Shown: in pieces, positions 19,538 through 28,970 of the stretch
Position numbering within the stretch: position 1 is the first letter of the stretch
Layout of the letters: each line of letters opens with the position of its first letter
Virus record (IMG/VR): IMGVR_UViG_3300020183_000011
DNA length: 64,000 nt
From: a virus
Direction: 5' to 3' (one strand)
Made by a program: the position numbers and the translations under genes
Notes under the pieces: generated by a model
The model's database searches: none
What the model was told of the DNA's origin: nothing
What the model saw: only the letters and a program-made list of their open reading frames with translations

Positions 19538-21085
19538 ATGGAAATCTTTGGATTTGAGATAAAGAAGAAGCAACTTAAAAAGACTGGGGGAGACATTGTT
19601 TCCCCATCAGTCGATGATGGCTCAACGCTTATATCAACTTTAGGTGCTGCAGCTGCCTATTATGGCATGACTGTAGATCTTGAAGGCGTCATTAAAAATG
19701 AGAACGACCTAATACGTCGTTATAGAGAGATCTCTCAGTATGGTGACTGCGATACTGCTGTAGAAGACATCTGTAGTGAAGCTATAGTAGTTAACTCTGA
19801 TGAACAGTCGGTCGAGGTAGTACTTGACGACGTTAACTTATCTTCAGGTATTAAAAAGAAAATCACAGAAGAGTTTGATAACATACTTAAGCTTTATAAG
19901 TTTGACGTTAAAGGCCATGATATATTTAGATCATGGTATGTTGATGGTAGACTATACTATCACATCTTGTTAGACGAGACGGATATCTCTAAGGGTATCC
20001 AAGAATTACGATTTGTTGATCCACGTAAGATCCGTAGGATCAAGAATATCAAGAAGGGTAAGAACGATAAAGGTATCGACGTCGTTAAGAGTATAGATGA
20101 GTTCTATATCTACAACGATAAAGGTATCAACGAGAATACAAGTCAGGGCGTTAAGTTATCGATTGATTCGGTAATCTATTGTCCTTCTGGTTTAGTAGAT
20201 GCAAACTCTAACACGATGTTAGGCCATCTACACAAGGCTATCAAGCCAGTTAACCAGTTGAAGATGATCGAAGATTCATTGGTAATCTACCGTGTATCGC
20301 GAGCACCTGAAAGACGTATATTTTACATTGACGTAGGTAACTTACCAAAGCTTAAAGCTGAGCAGTACGTCAATGATATCATGAATAAGTATAGGAATAA
20401 GATTGTCTACGATGCCGCAACAGGCGAAGTACGAGACAACCGTAAACACCTCTCTATGATGGAAGACTTTTGGATGCCACGAAGAGAGGGCGGCAAGGGT
20501 ACAGAGATCACAACCTTGTCAGGCGGTCAAAATCTCGGACAGATCGATGACATCAATTATTTCCAAAATAAGTTATACCAATGCTTGAACGTACCAATTT
20601 CAAGGATGAAACCTGATCAAGGGTTCAGTCTTGGTAGAACTAACGAGATTACTCGAGATGAAGTCAAGTTTAATAAGTTCATCGAGAGACTTAGACGTAG
20701 GTTCTCAGTATTATTCTCTGAGGCTTTAAGAGTCCAGTTAATAGCTAAGAACATCATTAGACCTGACGAATGGGAAGAGATCTCACAAGATATACGGTTT
20801 GATTTCCAAGAAGACAACCACTTTGCAGAGTTAAAAGAAACTGAGATCTTAAATACACGATTGGAGTCTTTAAACAGGATCCAACAGCATGTCGGTACAT
20901 ATTATAGCATGAACTATGTTAAGAGGTTCGTGTTGAAACAAACTGACAAAGAGATCGAAGAGATCCAAAAAGAGATTAAGGAAGAGACTGACTTGATGGC
21001 AGCAGAACTGCCTCAACAGCCTAGAATGCAAGATGTGGCCTCACAAGGTCCTAATCCAGTATTACCAGGTATTGGACAACAATAA
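19538..21085 (+). CDS. gp20: Portal protein gp20
   Basis: WYVDGR, LHKAIKPVNQLKMIED, RAPERRIFYIDVGNLPK, EDFWMPRREGGKGTEI. Confidence 0.97.
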   Translation: MEIFGFEIKKKQLKKTGGDIVSPSVDDGSTLISTLGAAAAYYGMTVDLEGVIKNENDLIRRYREISQYGDCDTAVEDICSEAIVVNSDEQSVEVVLDDVNLSSGIKKKITEEFDNILKLYKFDVKGHDIFRSWYVDGRLYYHILLDETDISKGIQELRFVDPRKIRRIKNIKKGKNDKGIDVVKSIDEFYIYNDKGINENTSQGVKLSIDSVIYCPSGLVDANSNTMLGHLHKAIKPVNQLKMIEDSLVIYRVSRAPERRIFYIDVGNLPKLKAEQYVNDIMNKYRNKIVYDAATGEVRDNRKHLSMMEDFWMPRREGGKGTEITTLSGGQNLGQIDDINYFQNKLYQCLNVPISRMKPDQGFSLGRTNEITRDEVKFNKFIERLRRRFSVLFSEALRVQLIAKNIIRPDEWEEISQDIRFDFQEDNHFAELKETEILNTRLESLNRIQQHVGTYYSMNYVKRFVLKQTDKEIEEIQKEIKEETDLMAAELPQQPRMQDVASQGPNPVLPGIGQQ

Positions 21086-21096
21086 GGAGAAACACA

Positions 21097-21363
21097 ATGA
21101 CACAAGGCGTTAAAGATCTAATCAGTGCTATCGTAGAAGGTGATGCGTCAACTATTGATGCAGCATTTAATGCAGAGATGGCAACACGAGTATCTAATAA
21201 GTTAGAAGACTTACGTGTATCAGTAGCTCAAAACATGTTCGCTACAGAACAAGTTGAAGAGACTGCAGAAAAAACAGATGCAGAAGTAGAAGTAGAAGCT
21301 TCTGAAGAAGTTGCTGTAGAAGAGCCCGAAGTAGAAACTTCAGAAGAGCCTCAAGCAGAATAA
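21097..21363 (+). CDS. Prohead core protein (gp67-like, acidic)
   Basis: Short Glu-rich ORF directly after gp20 with a strong RBS. Confidence 0.6.
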   Translation: MTQGVKDLISAIVEGDASTIDAAFNAEMATRVSNKLEDLRVSVAQNMFATEQVEETAEKTDAEVEVEASEEVAVEEPEVETSEEPQAE

Positions 21364-21623
21364 TGTTTAACCCTATCTCAAAAGTAGATGCACATCAGTT
21401 AGGATTAGATGATGATCTAGTAGAAGCTGCTAAGAAGTGTTCTTGCATGGAGAATGATCCATACAACCCTTCAGGTGCGGGTCCTGCTAGATTGCCATCA
21501 GAGCCATCATCCTCTGGCCAAAAGATGAACATCGCAGATGAGAAAAAGAAATTAAAAAAAGAGTATGCTACACCAGACTCGATGAAGCCTGGTTATGTTA
21601 AGATGGATCGCGGATACGCATAA
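21363..21623 (+). CDS. Hypothetical protein in head module
   Basis: Translationally coupled (TAATG) between head genes. Confidence 0.6.
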   Translation: MFNPISKVDAHQLGLDDDLVEAAKKCSCMENDPYNPSGAGPARLPSEPSSSGQKMNIADEKKKLKKEYATPDSMKPGYVKMDRGYA

Positions 21624-22180
21624 TGCATTTTAACCAGTTTAGTAAGAAGTTATCAGAAGATATTACTGGTATAGCTGTTGTTAGACAACAGTTCAGTAAT
21701 GGACATCTTATCGAGATGTCAAATAAACAGGTTGTTTACATTGATAAAGAACCAACTGATTTTGCTACAATAGAGGAAGCAAGACAATACATCAAGACAC
21801 AATACGATACAAAACAATTAGAAGAGCAAATTAAGACAGAACTATACGACGACATATCAGAAAATAAGATAGCGAACATAATTAAAGAACATCACGACAT
21901 AAAAGTTACAGATACTTTAATAGAGTCATATATAGATTTTGCTTCCTCTAAACAATTTACTGTGGATCCTGCAGTACAGGATATAAGAAACCTCAATAAG
22001 TTAGATAAGCTTATCGAAGGTAAGATAGATTATAAGCTCGAAGACGGCACCATCATAGCTATCAATGAGCAAACACAAGAAAGATTAAAGAATTTATTTA
22101 GCAATCAACACGAAATCATTGAGCACATGAGACAAAGTAAAGATAACTTTATCAGTGTGCTTAAGCAAATTGGAGAATAA
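21623..22180 (+). CDS. Hypothetical head-module protein (gp68 position)
   Basis: Coupled ORF between gp20 and gp21. Confidence 0.6.
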   Translation: MHFNQFSKKLSEDITGIAVVRQQFSNGHLIEMSNKQVVYIDKEPTDFATIEEARQYIKTQYDTKQLEEQIKTELYDDISENKIANIIKEHHDIKVTDTLIESYIDFASSKQFTVDPAVQDIRNLNKLDKLIEGKIDYKLEDGTIIAINEQTQERLKNLFSNQHEIIEHMRQSKDNFISVLKQIGE

Positions 22181-22182
22181 CA

Positions 22183-22680
22183 ATGGCATTAATTAGCTCA
22201 ATTATTAAAAACTCTCATCTAGAAACTGTAGTTAAGGTTGAGGGTGCGAATGATACAGCGACGATCTCATTAACAGATTTAGTTAATGGTAGACAAGCAC
22301 TAGGTGCTACTGGATCTACAGACTACTCAGCTCCAACAGTAAACATCTCTGGCGTTTACAGCAGCGGTTTACCAGGATCAACACTTGTAGTTAATCGCGG
22401 AGCTACTGGTGCTACAGGATACATAGCTGTTGCGGCTTCTCCAGAACATGCTGTGACGATGCAATACAATCAGTATGGCTTTACTAATAACTTACAGAAT
22501 ACTAGTAACTTAGTAGTTACACATGGTGGTACTAGTGGTGCAAACGTTACTACATATTTGGTATTACATAAAGTTGCTGGATACTATAGCAAGATTGAGT
22601 ACGAAAAATATGGCGCATACGATGACGAAACTCGCGTTGGCGCTTCTACAACTCTTTCAGGTTCACCAGATAAGGTATAA
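22183..22680 (+). CDS. Hypothetical virion protein
   Basis: GGAG RBS; Gly/Thr-rich; lies just before gp21. Confidence 0.6.
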   Translation: MALISSIIKNSHLETVVKVEGANDTATISLTDLVNGRQALGATGSTDYSAPTVNISGVYSSGLPGSTLVVNRGATGATGYIAVAASPEHAVTMQYNQYGFTNNLQNTSNLVVTHGGTSGANVTTYLVLHKVAGYYSKIEYEKYGAYDDETRVGASTTLSGSPDKV

Positions 22681-22683
22681 AAG

Positions 22684-23334
22684 ATGAAACTCATAAAAGA
22701 ACACACCGAACAAGTTAAGTACTTAGTTGAAGAAAAACTAGGTAAGGGCAAAGAATACTTCATTGAAGGCGTATTCCTTCAATCGAACTTAAAGAATCGT
22801 AACGGCCGCATCTATCCAGTAGAGATACTTGATAATGAGGTAAAACGATATAACGACGAGTACGTCAGTAAAAATCGTGCATTTGGCGAGTTAGGTCATC
22901 CTGATTCACCAACGATCAACTTAGATCGTGTATCACATATGATCAAGAACTTACGCCGTGAAGGTGATAACTTCATTGGTAAAGCTAAGATCATGGATAC
23001 ACCTTATGGTAAGATCGTAAAGTCCCTTATCGACGAAGGAGCTACACTAGGTGTATCTTCAAGAGGTATGGGTTCGCTCGATCGAAAAGGTGACGTATCA
23101 TATGTTGGTAAAGATTTCACTTTAGCGACAGCTGCGGATATCGTAGCTGACCCATCAGCCCCTAATGCTTTCGTAGAGGGTGTGATGGAGTCTAAGGAAT
23201 GGGTTATGGTCGATGGAAGGTTTGTGGAGAAAGACTTACGAGAAATGCAGGCGAATATCCGTCGTGCGTCTAGTAAAAATTTACAAGAGGCAAAGATTAG
23301 GGCATTCCAAACTTTCCTCTCGAAAATTAAATAA
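22684..23334 (+). CDS. gp21: Prohead protease gp21
   Basis: NRNGRIYP, GELGHP, GVSSRGMGS, DIVADPSAPNAFV. Confidence 0.96.
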   Translation: MKLIKEHTEQVKYLVEEKLGKGKEYFIEGVFLQSNLKNRNGRIYPVEILDNEVKRYNDEYVSKNRAFGELGHPDSPTINLDRVSHMIKNLRREGDNFIGKAKIMDTPYGKIVKSLIDEGATLGVSSRGMGSLDRKGDVSYVGKDFTLATAADIVADPSAPNAFVEGVMESKEWVMVDGRFVEKDLREMQANIRRASSKNLQEAKIRAFQTFLSKIK

Positions 23335-23335
23335 C

Positions 23336-23343
23336 TATAAATA
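23336..23343 (+). promoter_or_regulatory. T4-type late promoter
   Basis: TATAAATA upstream of gp22. Confidence 0.8.
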
Positions 23344-23383
23344 ATAGTATATCTGTAAAGATACACAAAAATAGGAGAAAAAG

Positions 23384-24469
23384 ATGTCGATCGAACAAAA
23401 AATTGCACAAATCTTAGCTGAATCAAAAGCTACAGATTCTGCAGAACAAATTGATGAAGAATCACATTTAGCTGGTGCTGAAAGTGGTCCCAACAATGCA
23501 GTAACTAAAGATGCTGCAGCAGGCGACCAAGCAGTACTTCGTACAGCTACTAACTCAGTTCCTGCTGAAAATCCAGTACCAAATGAAGCTAATGCTAAGA
23601 ACAACGCACAAGACGAAAAAGAAGCAGAAGTTGCTTCTAAGAAACCTAACGTTGCAACAGCACATGCTAACGCTGGTGATCAAGCACCTATCCGTACAGC
23701 TAAGGATGTAATCCCAGCTACAGCGGCAGGTCCAGCAGTTAATTTTAAAGAAGACGTTGATGCATTAGTAAACGGTGAAGACCTCTCAGAGGAATTTAAA
23801 GCTAAAGCAGCAACAATCTTCGAAGCAGCTATCGTAACACGAGTAAAAGAAGAAGTAACTCGTTTACAAGAAGAATTTGATGCGAAGCTTGAAGAAGCTA
23901 TCGCTCAGAATCAAGAGGGTCTTGTTGAAAAAGTTGATGGATATCTCAGCTACGTTGCTGAGCAGTGGATGCAAAATAATGAAATTGCCCTTGAAAGTGG
24001 TATGAAGTCTGATATCTTAGAAGGCTTTGTTTCTGGTCTTAAAGGCCTATTCGAAGAACACTATATCGATGTTCCTGAGGAAAAATTCGATGTATTAGGT
24101 TCTATGGAAGAAGCAATTGCAGACCTACAAGCTAAGTTAGATGAACAAGTTGCGGCTAACGTTGAAATGGCGAAAGTCATCAACGAAGCAACTCGTGAAG
24201 CTATCATTGCTGACGGCGCAGAAGGACTTGCTGAAACAGATAAAGAAAAATTCTTTGGTCTTGCTGAAGAGTTAGTCTTTGAAGATGAAGAGTCTTTCGA
24301 AACTAAGGTTAAGACAATACGTGAAAATTATTTCACAAACAAGGTGACATCAACAATCGTTGAGTCTGTTGTAACAGATACACCGGTTGAAAGTTTAACA
24401 GAGGAAGTTAAAAAGCCTGTTGATCCTACAATCAGTAAGTATATGTCAGCACTCGACAACATTAAATAA
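23384..24469 (+). CDS. gp22: Prohead scaffold/core protein gp22
   Basis: LSEEFKAKAATIFEAA, VDGYLSYVAEQW, LFEEHYIDVPEEK; lies between gp21 and gp23. Confidence 0.93.
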   Translation: MSIEQKIAQILAESKATDSAEQIDEESHLAGAESGPNNAVTKDAAAGDQAVLRTATNSVPAENPVPNEANAKNNAQDEKEAEVASKKPNVATAHANAGDQAPIRTAKDVIPATAAGPAVNFKEDVDALVNGEDLSEEFKAKAATIFEAAIVTRVKEEVTRLQEEFDAKLEEAIAQNQEGLVEKVDGYLSYVAEQWMQNNEIALESGMKSDILEGFVSGLKGLFEEHYIDVPEEKFDVLGSMEEAIADLQAKLDEQVAANVEMAKVINEATREAIIADGAEGLAETDKEKFFGLAEELVFEDEESFETKVKTIRENYFTNKVTSTIVESVVTDTPVESLTEEVKKPVDPTISKYMSALDNIK

Positions 24470-24480
24470 GGAAAACAAAA

Positions 24481-25791
24481 ATGACAACTCGTCAAGACTT
24501 AGTAAAAAAATGGGAGCCGATCTTAGAGCATAAGTCACTTCCAGATATCAAAGATAACTACCGTAAGGAAGTTACTGCGATTCTATTAGAAAACCAAGAG
24601 CGTGAAATGAGAAAAGGTGCAGAAGCACTTTTCGAAACTGCTCCTGCTAACTCAGGCGGTACAGGTATCGCTTTAGGTGGTGCTGGTGATGCAACAGGTA
24701 CAGTAGCTGGTTTCGACCCAGTTCTTATCGCGTTAGTACGTCGTGCAATGCCACAAATGATTGCATACGACATCGCTGGTGTTCAACCAATGACACAACC
24801 AACTGGTCTCATCTTCGCGATGAAATCACGTTATACAACACAAGCTGGTACAGAAGCGTTATTTAACGAAGCTGATACTGACTTTGCTGGTGCTGGTACA
24901 CACTCTGGCGTACACCCAGGTTCAATCCAAACTGGTATAGGTATGACTACAGCTACTGCGGAAGACTTAGGTTCAACACCTTCTGACTTCCATCAAATGG
25001 CTTTCTCAATCGAGAAGACATCTGTAACAGCTAAAACACGTGCTCTTAAAGCTGAATACTCAATCGAGTTAGCTCAAGACTTGAAATCAGTTCATGGTTT
25101 AGATGCTGAAGGCGAATTAAGCAACATCCTTTCAACAGAAATCCTTGCTGAAATCAACCGTGAAGTTGTAAGAACTGTTTACGCTACTGCTAAAGTTGGT
25201 GCACAACATGGTACTGCAACAGCTGGTACATTCGACTTAGACGTTGACTCTAACGGTCGTTGGTCTGTAGAGAAATTTAAAGGTCTCTTATTCCAAGTTG
25301 AACGTGACGCTAACGCGATTGCTCAACAAACACGTAGAGGCCGTGGTAATTTCATCATCTGTTCAAGCGACGTTGCTTCTGCAATGGCTATGGCAGGTGT
25401 ATTAGATTACGCTCCAGCTCTTTCAACATCATTGAACGTTGATGAAGCTTCAACAACATTCGCTGGTGTTTTAAACGGTAAGTACAAAGTTTATGTTGAT
25501 CCATATAGCGGCGGTAGCAATCCATCTGCTTCTGGTTCACAATTCTTCGTAGTTGGCTACAAGGGTACATCAGCATTTGATGCTGGTTTATTCTACTGCC
25601 CATACGTGCCTCTCCAATTGGTTCGTGCTGTTGATCCTAACACATTCCAACCAAAAATTGGCTTCAAGACACGTTACGGTATTGTTGCTAACCCATTTGT
25701 TAACTTGGATGATGGTAATTCTGATAACAACGTTATCGTTGCTAACGCAAATTACTACTACAGAAAAGTGACAGTTACAAACTTAATGTAA
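24481..25791 (+). CDS. gp23: Major capsid protein gp23
   Basis: LVRRAMP, GVQPMTQPTGLIFAM, RALKAEYSIELAQDLK, EINREV, FQPKIGFKTRYG. Confidence 0.98.
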   Translation: MTTRQDLVKKWEPILEHKSLPDIKDNYRKEVTAILLENQEREMRKGAEALFETAPANSGGTGIALGGAGDATGTVAGFDPVLIALVRRAMPQMIAYDIAGVQPMTQPTGLIFAMKSRYTTQAGTEALFNEADTDFAGAGTHSGVHPGSIQTGIGMTTATAEDLGSTPSDFHQMAFSIEKTSVTAKTRALKAEYSIELAQDLKSVHGLDAEGELSNILSTEILAEINREVVRTVYATAKVGAQHGTATAGTFDLDVDSNGRWSVEKFKGLLFQVERDANAIAQQTRRGRGNFIICSSDVASAMAMAGVLDYAPALSTSLNVDEASTTFAGVLNGKYKVYVDPYSGGSNPSASGSQFFVVGYKGTSAFDAGLFYCPYVPLQLVRAVDPNTFQPKIGFKTRYGIVANPFVNLDDGNSDNNVIVANANYYYRKVTVTNLM

Positions 25792-25821
25792 TAATAGCCG
25801 TAAGGCAACTACATTGATAAG

Positions 25822-25844
25822 AAGGGCTCGCAAGAGCCCTTTTT
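25822..25844 (+). terminator. Intrinsic terminator after gp23
   Basis: AAGGGCTC-GCAA-GAGCCCTT followed by TTT. Confidence 0.9.
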
Positions 25845-25850
25845 ATTGCA

Positions 25851-25858
25851 TATAAATA
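25851..25858 (+). promoter_or_regulatory. T4-type late promoter
   Basis: TATAAATA upstream of gp3. Confidence 0.8.
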
Positions 25859-25882
25859 GAGTATGTAATAAAGGAATCAATC

Positions 25883-26464
25883 ATGACAGCAAACGCGAAT
25901 TGCCCAGTACCATCCAACATAAACCCTCTATCACCTACCGGGTTTAGGTTATCAATATCTAAATTACCAGACTTGACATATTTTTGTCAAGAAGTTAATT
26001 TGCCTGAGATCGAGTTGCCATCAATACCTTTACCAACACCGCTTTCTACTATTGGTGTACCTGGCGATATGATACGATTTGGTGACTTAACTATACAGTT
26101 CTTAGTAGACGAAAACTTAGCTAACTATAAAGGTATATTTGATTGGATAATTGCACTAGGTTTCCCAGAAAATTACCTTCAACATCAAGCTTTAGCTGGA
26201 CAAGATGCTACTGTAGGGAGTAGCCGTTATGGAGGCATGGTTAATAACTACTCTGACGGGGTGTTAGAGATCTTAACTAGCCAAAATACCGCTTCTAAAA
26301 CTATATTATTTAGAGACCTACATCCAGTCAGCATATCTTCTTTACCCTTCTCGGCTAACTTAAATGATGTTAACTACTTGATAGGCACAGCCACATTTAG
26401 GTATAACTATTACAACTTCGTAGACCCTGCTTCAACTACGAGTGCTGCTGGAGCTGCAAATTAA
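25883..26464 (+). CDS. gp3: Tail completion/tube terminator protein gp3
   Basis: NPLSPTGF, FCQEVNLP, PGD...FLVDENLANY...W; position after gp23. Confidence 0.88.
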   Translation: MTANANCPVPSNINPLSPTGFRLSISKLPDLTYFCQEVNLPEIELPSIPLPTPLSTIGVPGDMIRFGDLTIQFLVDENLANYKGIFDWIIALGFPENYLQHQALAGQDATVGSSRYGGMVNNYSDGVLEILTSQNTASKTILFRDLHPVSISSLPFSANLNDVNYLIGTATFRYNYYNFVDPASTTSAAGAAN

Positions 26465-26467
26465 ACA

Positions 26468-26496
26468 TGTACAATAAATAGATTATGTAGTATAAT
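26468..26496 (+). promoter_or_regulatory. TGTACA-N17-TATAAT promoter (uvsY-uvsW)
   Basis: Motif seen directly. Confidence 0.75.
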
Positions 26497-26520
26497 GTAA
26501 TTTTATAAAATGGGTAAATT

Positions 26521-26958
26521 ATGAATATTGAAGAGATTCAGCAGATGTGGGAACAAGATAGCCTCATCGATGATAATCATCTAGGTGAAGCTTCTACTGA
26601 AACAGCAAAGGTTCATTCTAAATACATAAAGCTAATGGTTGGAGTTAAGCTTAAGCTAACAAAGGCTAGAGCTGACTATAACATACTTCGTAAGAATAAG
26701 TTTAGGTATTACAGAGGCGAACTATCAAGAGAAGAGCTACAACAATTGGGTTGGGAGCCTTATCAACTAATCAAGCCACTTAAGAACGAGATGGACGAGT
26801 TCCTTCAAGGCGACCAAGATCTTATCAACCTAAATACTAAGATCGAATACCTAGAAACCATGGGTTATCTACTCGAAGGTATTTTAGGACAAATCAAAGC
26901 CCGAGATTGGCAACTCAAAAACGGTATTGAATGGAAAAAGTTCTTAGCTGGAATGTAA
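26521..26958 (+). CDS. uvsY: Recombination mediator UvsY
   Basis: HSKY, YYRG, R.WQLKNGIEWKKF; adjacent to uvsW. Confidence 0.9.
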   Translation: MNIEEIQQMWEQDSLIDDNHLGEASTETAKVHSKYIKLMVGVKLKLTKARADYNILRKNKFRYYRGELSREELQQLGWEPYQLIKPLKNEMDEFLQGDQDLINLNTKIEYLETMGYLLEGILGQIKARDWQLKNGIEWKKFLAGM

Positions 26959-28451
26959 TGAAACTAACCATTGAAAAAATTAATGAAGTAAACATCCGTG
27001 TATACGGAGACGCGGGATGTGAGCAAGAGCTTGAATCGTTCTTTACTTACGAGGTTCCTGGTGCAAGGTTTACCCCTAAGTTTAAAGCTAGGTTATGGGA
27101 TGGCAAAGTCCGACTGTACTCATTAATCAGGAAGACGCTATATGCAGGCTTATATCAGTATGTCTTAGAGTTTGCACAGCGTAATAATTATGAACTAACA
27201 TTTAATCCAACAGACGAATATGCAAAACCATTAGATCTACATAACTACTCAACAGAACAAGTCACCAAGTTTATACATGATCTAGATCTATATGGTCGTG
27301 GTCAACCAATCATAGCTCGTGATTATCAGATCGCCGCTGTACAGACATCACTAAACCTTAATCGTACGGTCTTACTATCTCCTACCGCATCTGGTAAATC
27401 ATTCATGATCTATTGTCTAATGAGATGGCACCTTGAAGAGGATCGTAAGACGATCATAGTTGTACCTACCACATCATTAGTAGAGCAGATGTACTCAGAC
27501 TTTGAAGACTACTCATCACATAATCAATGGTCGGTAAAAGATAATTGTCAAAAACTATATTCAGGATTTACAAGAGACTTTACTAAGAACGTATTGATCA
27601 CTACATGGCAATCCATCTATACACAGCCTAAACAATGGTTTGAGAATTTTGATGTTATAGTTGGTGACGAAGCTCATCAATTTAAAGCAACATCATTGAT
27701 TACTATCATGGAACGTATGCAACATGTTAAGTATCGTATCGGTACTACAGGCACCATCGATAATAAGAAGATCAATCAATTAACATTAGAAGGTTTATTT
27801 GGGCCAGTCCATAGAGTTACGACTACGAAAGAACTTATGGATGATGGTAAGGTCGTGCAGATCGACATCAACTGTGTCGTACTAAAATACAAAGATGAGA
27901 TACGTAAGGCTTGTAAAGAACAAACATATCAAGAAGAGATGGAGTACTTAGTATTAAACGAAGCACGAAATAAATTCATACGAAACCTTACTACATCATG
28001 TAAAGGCAACACACTTGTATTATTCCAATTCGTAGAGAAGCATGGTATACCTTTATATGAAGCTATTAAAGCAAAAGCCCCCGACAAGAACGTCTATGTA
28101 GTGCATGGTGGAGTAGAGACATTAGATCGAGAGGATATCCGCAAGAATACCGAACTTGGAAATAATACCATCATAGTGGCTTCATATGCTACGTTCTCAA
28201 TGGGTATAAATATACCTAGCATAGAAAACATCATCTTTGCTAGTCCCACTAAGTCTAAGATCAGGAACTTACAGTCAATAGGCAGAGGACTTAGGTTAAA
28301 AGATGGCAAGACTCATCTTAAATTATACGATATCGCAGATGATATGCAATGGAAATCTAGAAAGAACCACACATTGAATCATTTTGTTGAGCGAGTTAAG
28401 ATATACTCAGAGGAAAAGTTTGACTATAAAGTCTACGAGGTAAACATTTAA
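26958..28451 (+). CDS. uvsW: DNA helicase UvsW
   Basis: WDGKVRL, PTASGKS, DEAH, QSIGRGLR; start at coupled ATG 26958. Confidence 0.96.
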   Translation: MKLTIEKINEVNIRVYGDAGCEQELESFFTYEVPGARFTPKFKARLWDGKVRLYSLIRKTLYAGLYQYVLEFAQRNNYELTFNPTDEYAKPLDLHNYSTEQVTKFIHDLDLYGRGQPIIARDYQIAAVQTSLNLNRTVLLSPTASGKSFMIYCLMRWHLEEDRKTIIVVPTTSLVEQMYSDFEDYSSHNQWSVKDNCQKLYSGFTRDFTKNVLITTWQSIYTQPKQWFENFDVIVGDEAHQFKATSLITIMERMQHVKYRIGTTGTIDNKKINQLTLEGLFGPVHRVTTTKELMDDGKVVQIDINCVVLKYKDEIRKACKEQTYQEEMEYLVLNEARNKFIRNLTTSCKGNTLVLFQFVEKHGIPLYEAIKAKAPDKNVYVVHGGVETLDREDIRKNTELGNNTIIVASYATFSMGINIPSIENIIFASPTKSKIRNLQSIGRGLRLKDGKTHLKLYDIADDMQWKSRKNHTLNHFVERVKIYSEEKFDYKVYEVNI

Positions 28452-28894
28452 TGGTTGCAGAGTTAGATAGATACGTAGTAATAAAGCTGGTAAGCGGAGA
28501 CGAAATCCTTACTCAACTCATCACTGAAGATGATTATGAGGTAAGATGTATGTTCCCTATGACAGTGAAACATGTACCTAGGTCTATTCATGGTCAAGTC
28601 ATGGATTCTATCGTACTTGGTGCATGGACCCACTTCTCAGCATCTGACGAATATACCTTCACAAAACAACACGTGTTATTCATTCAAGACATGGATCCCC
28701 GTTACATAAATGAATACCATAAATCTGTGGACGACTTTTTAGGCCGTGCGACCACTTTTCCCCAAGAAGCCTATAACCCGAACGAGATGAAAGAACTAGC
28801 AGAGAAGCTTCAGAACATGTTTAGAAAACAAGAGTATGAAGAAGAGTTACCTGATGTAATGATTATTCCAGATACATCTAAGCTAATACATTAA
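28451..28894 (+). CDS. Conserved T4-like hypothetical protein after uvsW
   Basis: IKLVSGDEIL N-terminus, similar to ORF 44785. Confidence 0.65.
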   Translation: MVAELDRYVVIKLVSGDEILTQLITEDDYEVRCMFPMTVKHVPRSIHGQVMDSIVLGAWTHFSASDEYTFTKQHVLFIQDMDPRYINEYHKSVDDFLGRATTFPQEAYNPNEMKELAEKLQNMFRKQEYEEELPDVMIIPDTSKLIH

Positions 28895-28909
28895 CCACCA
28901 GATACAGTT

Positions 28910-28938
28910 ATAATACCTCAACTCCAAATTAATGTACA
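28910..28938 (-). promoter_or_regulatory. Antisense promoter TGTACA-N17-TATTAT
   Basis: Minus strand reads TGTACA ttaatttggagttgagg TATTAT, with the family's TTAA and GG flanks. Confidence 0.55.
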
Positions 28939-28970
28939 ATTATTTTTATTATGATATCAAGGAACTATAA

